Assembly (NCBI GenBank): GCA_016845785.1
Contig: JAERSH010000049.1
Span: forward strand, 40,140-104,139
Source: Fidelibacterota bacterium
Lineage (GTDB): Bacteria; Fidelibacterota; Marinisomatia; Marinisomatales; TCS55
DNA length: 64,000 bases
Reading direction: 5' to 3'
Of the stretch, positions 38,148-46,702 are shown one piece after another; within the stretch, counting starts at the first letter, position 1, and each line of letters begins with the position of its first letter. Under the pieces are notes generated by a model. It made no database searches. It was not told where the DNA came from and worked only from the letters and a program-made list of their open reading frames with translations. A program made the translations under genes and the position numbers.

Positions 38148-39251
38148 TTAGCCACGCTCAATTCCAGTGGCAAATAAAACTACTTTATCATTGTCACCAA
38201 TCCATCCCGCTTCTTTTAGAGATAGGTATGCGGACCATACCGTGCCCACTTCAGCACTGGCATTAATCTGAGATTTTGCATTGATCTCTTGTGTTAATTC
38301 AGTGAGGTTAGCTTCGGGCGTAGAAACGGCAATCCCATTACTCTGAGCCAATATATCTAAAATCCAATGACCGCCCAACGGCCCCGGCACATTTAACCCC
38401 AGAGCAATCGTGTCACTATTATTCCAAAATACTGTATCTTTTTCCATGGCTTGAAATGCGTTTACCACCGGCGCACAGCCATCAGATTGTGTTGCCACCA
38501 TTCGGGGCATTTTATCCTCGATCCATCCCATACCAATCATTTCGCGAAACGCTTTCCACATCCCAATGAGACCTGTGCCGCCACCTGTTGGATAAATGAT
38601 CACATCCGGTAAGGACCAGTCCATCTGTTCTGCAATCTCATAACCCAATGTTTTTTTACCCTCTACTCGAAACGGTTCTTTCAATGTGGATATATCAAAC
38701 CAGTCGTCTTTCTTTTCTTCAAGCATGGCTTTGGCTGCATCAGAAATAGTCATTCCGCTCAATACAAGGTTTGCACCATATTGATCCGTGGCTGCTTTAA
38801 ATGGGTCGGGAATGGTTTCGGGTAAGAAGACATGACAATCGATTCCCGCCTGTTGACAATAAGCCGCGGCCGATACACCTGCATTTCCTGCAGAGGGGAG
38901 ACAAATGGACGCCACCCCCTGGGCTTTGGCCATAGTGACCGCCAATCCCATACCGCGATCCTTGAATGATCCTGTGGGATTTACCGTTTCATCTTTAATC
39001 CATACATTCTTTTCAATGTGAACCAAGGGTGTATTTCCCTCTCCCAGTGTAACTTGGGCATCCACCTTGGGTAAAACAGATTCATAACGCCATAATGAAT
39101 TATTTTCTCTAATCACATTAATGGGGGTGCTTTGCCCCTCCCAATCATAATGGGTTTCTCTAGGCTTGCCACAACCGCAAAGCCAAATGGGCTTTGGCGG
39201 ATGGTGATCAATCCGTTCGCATGATGAACAAATGGTATACAATGGTCTCAT
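38148..39251 (-). CDS. Threonine-synthase-like PLP-dependent enzyme (fold type II) with N-terminal Cys-rich ribbon
   Basis: 367 aa. PLP-lysine motif TGSFKDRG, glycine loop PTGGGTGLIG, and N-terminal CSSC...CGCG. Short ThrC-like architecture; the exact activity cannot be fixed from sequence alone. Confidence 0.7.
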   Translation of the reverse strand: MRPLYTICSSCERIDHHPPKPIWLCGCGKPRETHYDWEGQSTPINVIRENNSLWRYESVLPKVDAQVTLGEGNTPLVHIEKNVWIKDETVNPTGSFKDRGMGLAVTMAKAQGVASICLPSAGNAGVSAAAYCQQAGIDCHVFLPETIPDPFKAATDQYGANLVLSGMTISDAAKAMLEEKKDDWFDISTLKEPFRVEGKKTLGYEIAEQMDWSLPDVIIYPTGGGTGLIGMWKAFREMIGMGWIEDKMPRMVATQSDGCAPVVNAFQAMEKDTVFWNNSDTIALGLNVPGPLGGHWILDILAQSNGIAVSTPEANLTELTQEINAKSQINASAEVGTVWSAYLSLKEAGWIGDNDKVVLFATGIERG

Positions 39252-39380
39252 TCCTCCTGTGTTACAGAAGTGAAATATAAAGCCTTCTGATTTTCATTGC
39301 ATGGTTATTCAGACTGCCGACATATTTGTGTCCGTTTTAATCAAACTTCATTCAAAAATGGTTCATATAGGGAGTATCAA

Positions 39381-40724
39381 ATGAAAACTAAACCCATCTT
39401 CATTATATTTTTGTTGAGCGCTTTGGCTTGGGGAGATGATCTCAAGGATGACATTCTGCCCATGCGGGAGCGTGCGGCCGTTCGGGATGCCTTACTCAAA
39501 GATCGATTCGAGACCGTATTACCAGAAATCATGCGGCGAAACCAAATGGACATGTGGATTATTATTGCCCGGGAATACAACGAAGATCCTGTTGTCCGCA
39601 CCATGCTCCCAGCCACCTGGCTCAATGCCCGTCGGCGTACTGTATTGGTCATCTTTGATCCCGGACAAAACAAACCGCTGGAAACATATGCAGTGGCCCG
39701 ATATGATGTAGGGGAGGTGTTTAAAAAAGCGTGGGATCCGGAAGCTGAGCCGGACCAATACAAAGCGTTGACAGATATGATTAAGGAAAAAGATCCAAAA
39801 AAGATTGGTGTAAATATGAGCGAATTCTTTGCTCAGGCTGATGGGCTCACGGCTACGGAATATGACCTGTTTAAAAAAGCACTTCCAGGGAAATATGAAA
39901 GACGGCTCGTGAGCGCTGAACAGGTAGCCATCGGCTGGCTGGAAACGCGGAGTCAAAAAGAAATGGAGATTTATCCTAAGATATGCCGTATTGCACACGA
40001 CATTATTAAAGAAGGTTTTTCTGCCAAGGTGATTACACCGGGAGTTACCACCACTGATGATATTGTATGGTGGTATCGCGAACGCATCCGCGATTTAAAT
40101 CTTATTACTTGGTTTCATCCATCCGTGGATATTCAGCGAAATGATAATCAAAACTTCGATTTTCTGGAGGCATTTTCAAAGTCTAAACCTGATAATGTGG
40201 TCCGGCCCGGAGATTTGCTTCATGTAGATTTTGGTATCACTTATCTCAGCCTAAACACAGACACACAGCAGCATGCTTATGTGCTCATGCCCGGAGAGGA
40301 TCGTGTTCCCAATGAATTGGCCCAAGCGCTGGCAACGGGTAATCGACTTCAAGATATATTAACCGATCAATTCAAAACGGGGCGGACCGGTAATGAAATG
40401 CTCCTATCCGCACTGGGGCAAGCAAAGGATGAAGGGATTAAACCCCAAATTTATACCCATCCCATTGGTTACTATGGTCATGGGTCGGGGCCCACCATCG
40501 GCATGTGGGATAAACAAGAAGGGGTCCCGATTACGGGTGATTATCCACTATATCCTAATACGGCTTTTTCCATCGAATTGAATGCAAAAGTATTCATACC
40601 ATCATGGAAGAAGGAGGTGGCTATCATGTTAGAAGAAGATGCCTTTTTTGATGGAGAAACATGTGAATATATCGATCCAAGGCAGACTGAAATGATTATT
40701 ATCGATTGGAATAATGACAAATGA
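39381..40724 (+). CDS. Exported M24-family metallopeptidase (Xaa-Pro aminopeptidase-like)
   Basis: GGAG sits 6 nt upstream of the ATG at 39381, and the signal peptide is MKTKPIFIIFLLSALAWG. Pita-bread metal-ligand contexts HVDFGITY, THPIGYYGHG, SIELNA, MLEED. Confidence 0.85.
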   Translation: MKTKPIFIIFLLSALAWGDDLKDDILPMRERAAVRDALLKDRFETVLPEIMRRNQMDMWIIIAREYNEDPVVRTMLPATWLNARRRTVLVIFDPGQNKPLETYAVARYDVGEVFKKAWDPEAEPDQYKALTDMIKEKDPKKIGVNMSEFFAQADGLTATEYDLFKKALPGKYERRLVSAEQVAIGWLETRSQKEMEIYPKICRIAHDIIKEGFSAKVITPGVTTTDDIVWWYRERIRDLNLITWFHPSVDIQRNDNQNFDFLEAFSKSKPDNVVRPGDLLHVDFGITYLSLNTDTQQHAYVLMPGEDRVPNELAQALATGNRLQDILTDQFKTGRTGNEMLLSALGQAKDEGIKPQIYTHPIGYYGHGSGPTIGMWDKQEGVPITGDYPLYPNTAFSIELNAKVFIPSWKKEVAIMLEEDAFFDGETCEYIDPRQTEMIIIDWNNDK

Positions 40725-42199
40725 AAAATGTTCTAAAAGGAGTGGGAATTTTATTGGGCATCTTCATCGGTATTTTAGTCTTTAACACGTTACGAATCGG
40801 CGGCGGTGGCGATAAAATAGAATCTGCAGATCTAAAGCCGGTCCATATTCAACAGGCAGTAGATCGACTTTCTGACGGACTGAAAATTCCTACCATTTCC
40901 CAAATGAATTCTGGGGAAATTGACTATACACATTTTGTGAGCTTCAATGCGTTTCTCCGTCGAGAATATCCCAATGTGTTTACCAGACTTGATGTGCATA
41001 CGATCAATACGCACAGCCTCCTATTCAAATGGTCAGGACAGGATGAAACCAAACTTCCCATCCTACTCATGGCCCATATGGATGTGGTGCCTATTGATCA
41101 GCAATCCTTAGATCAATGGACACACCCACCATTTGACGGCACCACCGATTCAACAACAGTATGGGGTCGTGGTGCCATGGATGATAAGGGCAGTCTGTTT
41201 GCCATCATGGAGTCCGTTTCTCACTTAATTGAAACGGGGTTCACCCCAAAACAAACCATCTATATTGCCTTTGGCCATGATGAAGAAATTGGAGGCACCC
41301 AAGGGGCAAAATTCTCAGCTGATTATTTTAAATCGAAAGGTATCACCTTCGATTTTGTATTGGATGAAGGGGGTGGCATATCTAAAGAATTAGGCATGGG
41401 CCTTGATAAACAGGTGGCATTCGTTGCTGTAAGTGAAAAAGGATATGTTACCTTAGAATTGGTTGCAAAAGGAGCGGGCGGCCATTCGTCCATGCCCGGG
41501 AAAGAAACCACCATCGGTATTCTGGCCACCGCCATCTCAAAACTGCAAGCCAACCCGTTGCCGGCACAGTTGGATGGTCCCATTAAACATATGCTGAACG
41601 CCATGGCGCCGGAGATGGGATTTATACCCCGAATGGTCATGGCCAATCAGTGGATATTCGGTGGATTGTTAGATGGCATTTTGTCCGAAAACCCATCAGG
41701 GAATGCTATGGTGCGCACCACCACAGCCCCCACCATTATTTCTGCCGGCGTGAAGGATAACGTAATTCCGGCCCAAGCCAAGGCTATGGTGAATTTCAGA
41801 ATTATTCCCGGCGATACACCTGAAAGCGTGATCCAAATGGTAAGAGATATTATTGACGATGAACGGATTGAAGTCCGTCAGCCGGAGGGCGGTTTCGGCC
41901 GTGAACCTGCGCCGGTTTCAGATCCTAATTCTGATCAGTTCAATTTTTTATCCTACAAAATTCAGGAGGTCTTCCCCGGTACGGTGGTGGTTCCCGGCGT
42001 GTCTCCCGGTGGAACAGATACAAAACACTTTGTGGACCTCTCTCCCAATATTTTTCGATTTTCGCCTATTGAAACGCAAGAAGGGGACTTAAAACGCATC
42101 CACGGTATTGATGAACGGATTAGCATAAGCGCATTTGAAAAGGGAATCCAATTTTATATTCACTTGATTGAATCGTTAGGGAAAGATCAAAAGTTATAA
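40721..42199 (+). CDS. M20-family metallopeptidase (carboxypeptidase/aminoacylase-like), membrane-anchored or exported
   Basis: 492 aa with an N-terminal hydrophobic anchor. M20 ligand contexts LLMAHMDVVP, WGRGAMDDKG, FGHDEEIGG, LDEGG, GGTDTKH. Confidence 0.85.
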   Translation: MKNVLKGVGILLGIFIGILVFNTLRIGGGGDKIESADLKPVHIQQAVDRLSDGLKIPTISQMNSGEIDYTHFVSFNAFLRREYPNVFTRLDVHTINTHSLLFKWSGQDETKLPILLMAHMDVVPIDQQSLDQWTHPPFDGTTDSTTVWGRGAMDDKGSLFAIMESVSHLIETGFTPKQTIYIAFGHDEEIGGTQGAKFSADYFKSKGITFDFVLDEGGGISKELGMGLDKQVAFVAVSEKGYVTLELVAKGAGGHSSMPGKETTIGILATAISKLQANPLPAQLDGPIKHMLNAMAPEMGFIPRMVMANQWIFGGLLDGILSENPSGNAMVRTTTAPTIISAGVKDNVIPAQAKAMVNFRIIPGDTPESVIQMVRDIIDDERIEVRQPEGGFGREPAPVSDPNSDQFNFLSYKIQEVFPGTVVVPGVSPGGTDTKHFVDLSPNIFRFSPIETQEGDLKRIHGIDERISISAFEKGIQFYIHLIESLGKDQKL

Positions 42200-42247
42200 T
42201 CGTGTTTTAACTATGCAAAGAAAATTAAAACCCACATCATCCATTAT

Positions 42248-42357
42248 TGTTATTCTGATCCCCGATAATATTCGGGGAGAAGAATCTCAAGTGTTTGGCT
42301 ATTCGTCCACATTTGCTTGAGATACTTCATCCTGATAAATCAGGCCTCAGTATGACA
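42248..42357. repeat. Multi-hairpin palindromic intergenic element, copy 2
   Basis: Termini are TGTTATTCTGA ... TCAGTATGACA. Hairpin CCCCGA(42260-42265)/TCGGGG(42272-42277). Central stem GAAGAATCTCAAG(42279-42291)/CTTGAGATACTTC(42316-42328), with 1 mismatch. Hairpin CCTGA(42331-42335)/TCAGG(42340-42344). Lies between convergent genes. Confidence 0.72.
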
Positions 42358-42418
42358 ATTTTATTTTGAATACGGCGGGGAGGCCTTGATCCCCGCTCAT
42401 TGGGGAACAAAAGAAATA

Positions 42419-42904
42419 TTAAACCGCTTCGAATACGCCTGTTTCTTTATTTTTTTTCACCTTGTCGTAATCAAAGCAGCGGCCGTTCATGGCCACATAT
42501 ACACCATGGGGCAGGCTCTGGACAAACCCCAGTGCGCTCCCCAAATTAAACAGTCCGTCTGAACTACCAAATTTATAAGGGATCATGGCGCCGGTGAGGA
42601 CGATGGTTTTTTCTAAATTGGCGCTTGCCAAAAATTTTCCTGTCTCTGTCATGGTGTCCGTACCGTGGGTAATGATAATCTGATCTTCTTCTGCGTGTTT
42701 ACAGTTTTCTACCACAAGCTTTCGGTCGTCGTCTGTCATTTCAAGACTGTCCACCATCATGAGGGTCCGGATATTCACATCAATTCGTGATCGACCCAGC
42801 TCCAGCATTTCGCGCATATGGGTATCCTTGAAGAAGAGTTTGCCGGTGATTTCGTCGTACTCTTTGTCGAAAGTACCGCCGGTGATGAAAATGCGAATTG
42901 CCAT
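42419..42904 (-). CDS. Stand-alone asparaginase N-terminal-domain protein
   Basis: About 161 aa. Has the asparaginase/glutaminase active-site contexts FITGGTFDK and ITHGTDTM but lacks the C-terminal domain. Start is either ATG 42904 (MAIRIF) or 42916. Confidence 0.7.
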   Translation of the reverse strand: MAIRIFITGGTFDKEYDEITGKLFFKDTHMREMLELGRSRIDVNIRTLMMVDSLEMTDDDRKLVVENCKHAEEDQIIITHGTDTMTETGKFLASANLEKTIVLTGAMIPYKFGSSDGLFNLGSALGFVQSLPHGVYVAMNGRCFDYDKVKKNKETGVFEAV

Positions 42905-42930
42905 CAGTATTTCCAAATAGCGCTATACAT

Positions 42931-43050
42931 TGTCATTCTGACCCCTGACACGAAGTGTCGGGTGGAAGAATCTCAAATAGGGGCAAATAACAAATCGTAC
43001 GCTTGAGATTCTTCACTCCCCCGCATTCTACGGGCTCATTCAGAATGACA
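42931..43050. repeat. Multi-hairpin palindromic intergenic element, copy 3
   Basis: Perfect 11-bp terminal inverted repeat TGTCATTCTGA(42931-42941)/TCAGAATGACA(43040-43050). Hairpin CCCTGACA/TGTCGGG (42943-42962). Perfect 12-bp central stem GAAGAATCTCAA(42965-42976)/TTGAGATTCTTC(43003-43014). Hairpin CCCG(43020-43023)/CGGG(43031-43034). Confidence 0.78.
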
Positions 43051-43066
43051 TTAAAAGGAGATAATC

Positions 43067-43417
43067 TCATATTAATTCCATCACATTCTCCGGTGGCCGC
43101 CCCAACACCGCTTTATCGCCTCTCACCACAATAGGCCGTTCCATAATTTTCGGATAGGCAACCATGGCCTTCACCATGGCATCGTCATTATCCAAAAGGT
43201 CCCCAATATGGTTCGCTTTAAAATCAGCTTCACCTTTTCGCACAAATTCGGAAGGACGTTTGCCCAGTTTTTTTGCAAGGGAATGAAAGTCCGCCTCTGA
43301 AGGCACATCCTTCAAATATTCTATAATAGTTGGTTCAACGCCATTGTCACGCAATAGCTGCAGTGTCTGCCTGCTTTTGCCTCACCGTGGGTTGTGGTAA
43401 ATGGTGAATCCGCTCAT
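43067..43417 (-). CDS. arsC: Glutaredoxin-type arsenate reductase ArsC with in-frame TGA at the catalytic Cys codon (candidate selenocysteine protein)
   Basis: The track only lists 43067-43354 (TTG start). In the same frame upstream, the ATG at 43417 gives MSGFTIYHNPR-[TGA 43382-43384]-GKSRQTLQLLRDNGVEPTIIEYL.... This aligns with E. coli/R773 ArsC ITIYHNPAC(12)GTSRNTLEMIRNSGTEPTII. Catalytic Arg contexts are conserved (FVRKGE, MERPIVV, LGRPPE). A hairpin-forming sequence follows the TGA. Confidence 0.7.
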
Positions 43418-43542
43418 GATTCTTCTCTAAAATGGTTAAAAACTTCTGCAAAAGGTAAAATAAGTAGATACTCTCTTTTCAATGCTTTCTTAATAAATAC
43501 CATTATATTTCAATAATATACATTATTCTGTATATTACGCAT

Positions 43543-44511
43543 ATGAAACGCATGCACCGCTTTAAGACCCATTTCATATTTTTCGTTCCATTACTATACA
43601 GCTGCGACGAACCGACCAAAAATGAAAAAGACCCAAACGCCTATTCAACGGCCGGTGTCTTGTGCGATTTAAGTGTAGAAGTATATAACGATGATGAATC
43701 TGTAAAAGCCACGAGCCGGTATGCATGGTCCTGCGATGCAGACAGGCGCAACCTTTCCGGGAATGGAATCCCCGATCATGAAGTGGGCACCTTCCCCAAT
43801 GCCAATAATCCCAATACCATTCGGGCAAGTAATGTGAATAAAGCATTTACCATCCATCCTTTGGTCACATCGGATGAAGGTGTGCCGGTTGGGGGTCCGC
43901 GCGGTGCCATTGCTTATGCATTAAACAGTGTAAAGTTTGATCCGGGCACGGCAGGGCGGTGCGATGATAACGGCAACTGCAGTTTGGCTCAAGGGCAGGG
44001 ACGGTGGAACATTGAAGCGTTGGGGCACGACACATTTGACTTCGGCGATGATATGAACCACGCGCACGTCCAACCCACAGGTGAATACCATTACCACGGC
44101 ATTCCGGAATTATTTTTGGCTCAACTGGATAAAGGTGTCGCCATGACCTTGGTGGGCTGGGCTTCCGATGGATTTCCTGTCTATGCCCGCTATGGTTATG
44201 TAGATCCAGATGATGTGAATAGTGGCATCAAAATGATGAAACCCAGTTGGCAGCTTAAATCCACAGGCAATGCCGGGCGGCCGGATACATTGCGATCATT
44301 GCGGGGCGGTCCCGGCGGGAATACCAGTCTGAAAAAGCCTATTCCTTTAGGGGCCTTCACTCAAGATTTTGAATATGTGGATGGCTCCGGCGACCTGGAT
44401 CAATGTAATGGACGTACGGGCGTAACCCCGGAATTTCCCGATGGCATCTATTATTATATGGTGACGGATGCATTTCCATTTTTCTCCAGATGCCTAAAAG
44501 GGGAATTGTGA
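43543..44511 (+). CDS. YHYH-domain lipoprotein
   Basis: 322 aa with lipobox (LLYSC), the eponymous motif GEYHYHGIPE, and a second conserved block (GWASDGFPVY). Confidence 0.8.
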   Translation: MKRMHRFKTHFIFFVPLLYSCDEPTKNEKDPNAYSTAGVLCDLSVEVYNDDESVKATSRYAWSCDADRRNLSGNGIPDHEVGTFPNANNPNTIRASNVNKAFTIHPLVTSDEGVPVGGPRGAIAYALNSVKFDPGTAGRCDDNGNCSLAQGQGRWNIEALGHDTFDFGDDMNHAHVQPTGEYHYHGIPELFLAQLDKGVAMTLVGWASDGFPVYARYGYVDPDDVNSGIKMMKPSWQLKSTGNAGRPDTLRSLRGGPGGNTSLKKPIPLGAFTQDFEYVDGSGDLDQCNGRTGVTPEFPDGIYYYMVTDAFPFFSRCLKGEL

Positions 44512-44557
44512 ATAATTTTGTAAATTTGACGGATTAATCAAAAGGGTGGAGCCTAAC

Positions 44558-44689
44558 GTGAGAAAAAAGATTTTGGCATTTTGCCTTCTGTTCACTTTTG
44601 CCTGTGAACTGAATGTGGGTGAAGAGGGGGAAAAGAAAAGTAACGGTGGCGGATGTGAAATTCGAATTGGCGGTGACGAACAAAAATAA
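44558..44689 (+). CDS. Possible 43-aa lipoprotein (GTG start)
   Basis: AAAGGGTGGAG lies upstream of the GTG at 44558. Translation is MRKKILAFCLLFTFACELNVGEEGEKKSNGGGCEIRIGGDEQK, a signal peptide with lipobox FTFAC. Not in the ORF track; supported only by the signal-peptide pattern and RBS. Confidence 0.35.
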   Translation: MRKKILAFCLLFTFACELNVGEEGEKKSNGGGCEIRIGGDEQK

Positions 44690-44762
44690 CAAACAACCAT
44701 TCGCTTAATCCCTGTGAAGGTATCTTTTATGGGGAAAGTCATTTTAACTAAAGGAGAATGAA

Positions 44763-45236
44763 ATGAGAAGAGTAATATATTGGGGGCTGGCCTTGTTGCT
44801 GGTGTCGTGCCAAAATACTGCAACCTCTAAATTAGAGGTTCCGAAAGAAATTGAAACATTTATCATTGACTATGTTCAAGCCTGGAGCGATGGGGATGTA
44901 GAAGAAATTACTGAAAATGTATATGGGGTACCATTGACCCTTTATCGCTCTGATAACCTCATTTCTCTTCAATCAAAAGATGAAATTCGCGGATTTTTAA
45001 CAAGCACCTTTAAACAGCTCGATGAAAATGGATATAGTCATTCCATTTTCAATGACTGGAAGCACATAAAGGTTGGTGATGGTGTGGCAATTGTAGAACA
45101 ATCCTTTACACGGTATTTAAATGATGGGTCCGTTATGGGGGCACCTGAAAGAACAGCATCATATATATTAAAGAGAAATGAAAATGGGAACTATAGAATA
45201 CATGGAATGATTCCTCACACTGAAATTGCTGAATAG
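44763..45236 (+). CDS. NTF2-like (SnoaL/DUF4440-type) lipoprotein
   Basis: 157 aa with lipobox (LLVSC). IIDYVQAWSDGDVEEI... is the typical opening helix of NTF2-like folds. Confidence 0.5.
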   Translation: MRRVIYWGLALLLVSCQNTATSKLEVPKEIETFIIDYVQAWSDGDVEEITENVYGVPLTLYRSDNLISLQSKDEIRGFLTSTFKQLDENGYSHSIFNDWKHIKVGDGVAIVEQSFTRYLNDGSVMGAPERTASYILKRNENGNYRIHGMIPHTEIAE

Positions 45237-45238
45237 CC

Positions 45239-45685
45239 ATGAAAGGGCTCTGGATTATATTCTTGTTGATCGGTGGCCTTTTCGGTCAAAATGATGTAGC
45301 TCTAAAAAAACACAATATATCCCTTGGGATGTTAGATGATAAAACAGGGTTTAGTTTTTTCAGTTATACATACAACCTAAAACAGACAGAAATGGATGAA
45401 TATTTCATTGGTGGCGGCACGATGGTATTGGCATTTACAGGCAGTGCGGGTTGGAAGCATTATTTTAAAAAATCTAAATATTCCGTTTATTCAGTATTAT
45501 CCGGACAGGGAGTCATGCATTTTGGATTTGCGGGGTTTATTCCCTCCGTTTCTCTTGGAGTTGAATCAAGCCTAACAGAAAAATTGCAATTTAAATTGGG
45601 TGTGTCTCTATTTTCCATGGTTGCGGGCACAAACACGGGGGATACCGGCATTTTGCCTTTTATTGGGTTAACTCGAAGATTTTAA
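45239..45685 (+). CDS. Hypothetical small secreted protein, possible small beta-barrel OMP
   Basis: 148 aa with signal peptide ...GGLFG|Q. Alternating Gly/aromatic-rich strands and a C-terminal ...GLTRRF. Confidence 0.45.
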   Translation: MKGLWIIFLLIGGLFGQNDVALKKHNISLGMLDDKTGFSFFSYTYNLKQTEMDEYFIGGGTMVLAFTGSAGWKHYFKKSKYSVYSVLSGQGVMHFGFAGFIPSVSLGVESSLTEKLQFKLGVSLFSMVAGTNTGDTGILPFIGLTRRF

Positions 45686-46092
45686 TGAGAAAACTCATAT
45701 CATTTCTGTTGGTTCTTACTGTGGTCATGCCCGATATGGCCTCAGCACAAATGGATAAAGATAAAAAAGATTATTATGCTGAAGGTCAGTCAGCCGCCAA
45801 GGAAGATTTTAAAAGTAAAGCATTGATTGGGGGTGTTGCGGCGGGTACTATTGGCAGTGTAATTGGATGGGGTGCCGGATACCTTTTCATTTCTCTTCAG
45901 CAAATTAAAGTCCCCACGCATCATGTGGCTCACCTTGACCCCAATCAAAAAATCGCCTTTGTAAAGGGGTATAAGAAAACCATAAAGAAAATGCGAAACA
46001 TACGGTTTCATTTGGGCGCTGCCGCCGGGAATATTATTTTGTTTTTAATCATTGATGCCATGCCCAATGAAACTTTTTTTCATGTAACCTAA
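45685..46092 (+). CDS. Hypothetical exported/membrane protein
   Basis: 135 aa with signal peptide ...MASA|Q and two hydrophobic Gly-rich segments (LIGGVAAGTIGSVIGWGAGYLFI; AAAGNIILFLII). Its start overlaps the upstream stop. Confidence 0.45.
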   Translation: MRKLISFLLVLTVVMPDMASAQMDKDKKDYYAEGQSAAKEDFKSKALIGGVAAGTIGSVIGWGAGYLFISLQQIKVPTHHVAHLDPNQKIAFVKGYKKTIKKMRNIRFHLGAAAGNIILFLIIDAMPNETFFHVT

Positions 46093-46115
46093 TCGGGGAC
46101 AATGGCAGATAAAAT

Positions 46116-46679
46116 ATGAAAGGCTCCCTGTTAGCGCTCCTTGCCTTGCCCCTTTGGGGCCAATCGAATATCCACATTGATGGCCATTATGATACAGTGA
46201 TTGATAACAATGTTCTCAACCTAACCATCAAGAGTGAAAATATTCATCCCATTGACAATGAAGATGAATACGGTATTCTATTGATCCGCAGCGATGGGGG
46301 CAAGCTCAGTTTAAATATTAAATGGGGCGGTATGTATTTGGGCCTCGGCAATCGGGGTGTAACCTATCGTGTTGGTCAGCATCCTGCCGTTACTGAAAAT
46401 TGGGAAACGACAAATAAATATACGGTCACCATAGCAAAGCGCCCCGTGGAGCTCATTAAGCTAATGCAAGAAAGTGCAACGGTGACTTTTAGAACGACCC
46501 CATACCAAGAAGCGCCCATCACCTATGAATTTGATTTGACCGATTTAAAGGATGTTATCGAAAAATATCCTAACCATTTTCGTTCGATTCAGCCAACGCC
46601 CATCATAGAAATTGTTGGCAATCTGGCCACATTATCTTTACTTACATTTGTTATTATATCTGTAATCAGTGGTTTTTGA
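46116..46679 (+). CDS. Hypothetical secreted protein with C-terminal TM anchor
   Basis: 187 aa with signal peptide ...LPLWG|Q and a C-terminal hydrophobic helix (IVGNLATLSLLTFVIISVISGF). Confidence 0.45.
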   Translation: MKGSLLALLALPLWGQSNIHIDGHYDTVIDNNVLNLTIKSENIHPIDNEDEYGILLIRSDGGKLSLNIKWGGMYLGLGNRGVTYRVGQHPAVTENWETTNKYTVTIAKRPVELIKLMQESATVTFRTTPYQEAPITYEFDLTDLKDVIEKYPNHFRSIQPTPIIEIVGNLATLSLLTFVIISVISGF

Positions 46680-46702
46680 AAACTCAATCTGCCAAAATAA
46701 TA

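Noticed and set aside
42375-42396. GC-rich hairpin GCGGGGA(42375-42381)/TCCCCGC(42390-42396) downstream of the asparaginase-domain gene, considered as a possible intrinsic terminator.
   Set aside because: The 7-bp stem is real, but no U-tract follows it on either strand, and it abuts the larger palindromic element. Not enough to call a terminator.
43382-43384. Genome-wide UGA reassignment (code 4/25-like) as the explanation for the in-frame TGA in arsC.
   Set aside because: TGA clearly terminates ruvB (3843-3845) and uvrA (7269-7271), in ATGA overlaps with the next gene. The standard code therefore applies, and the arsC TGA needs a local explanation (Sec or a pseudogene).
43067-43417. arsC as a simple pseudogene, or as a truncated 95-aa protein starting at TTG 43354.
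   Set aside because: Not fully excluded, but less likely. The only lesion is a single TGA exactly at the catalytic Cys codon. Both flanks remain in frame with all other catalytic residues, and a hairpin follows the TGA. The truncated product would lack the active site. The gene is kept as a Sec candidate, with the caveat stated.
44494-44823. 109-aa minus-strand ORF spanning the YHYH / NTF2-like intergenic region.
   Set aside because: It overlaps the ends of two well-supported plus-strand genes. Its sequence is Pro/Ser/Phe-rich (PPPLLFFSPSSPTFSS) with no start context. The plus strand here offers a better candidate: the 43-aa lipoprotein with an RBS at 44558-44689.
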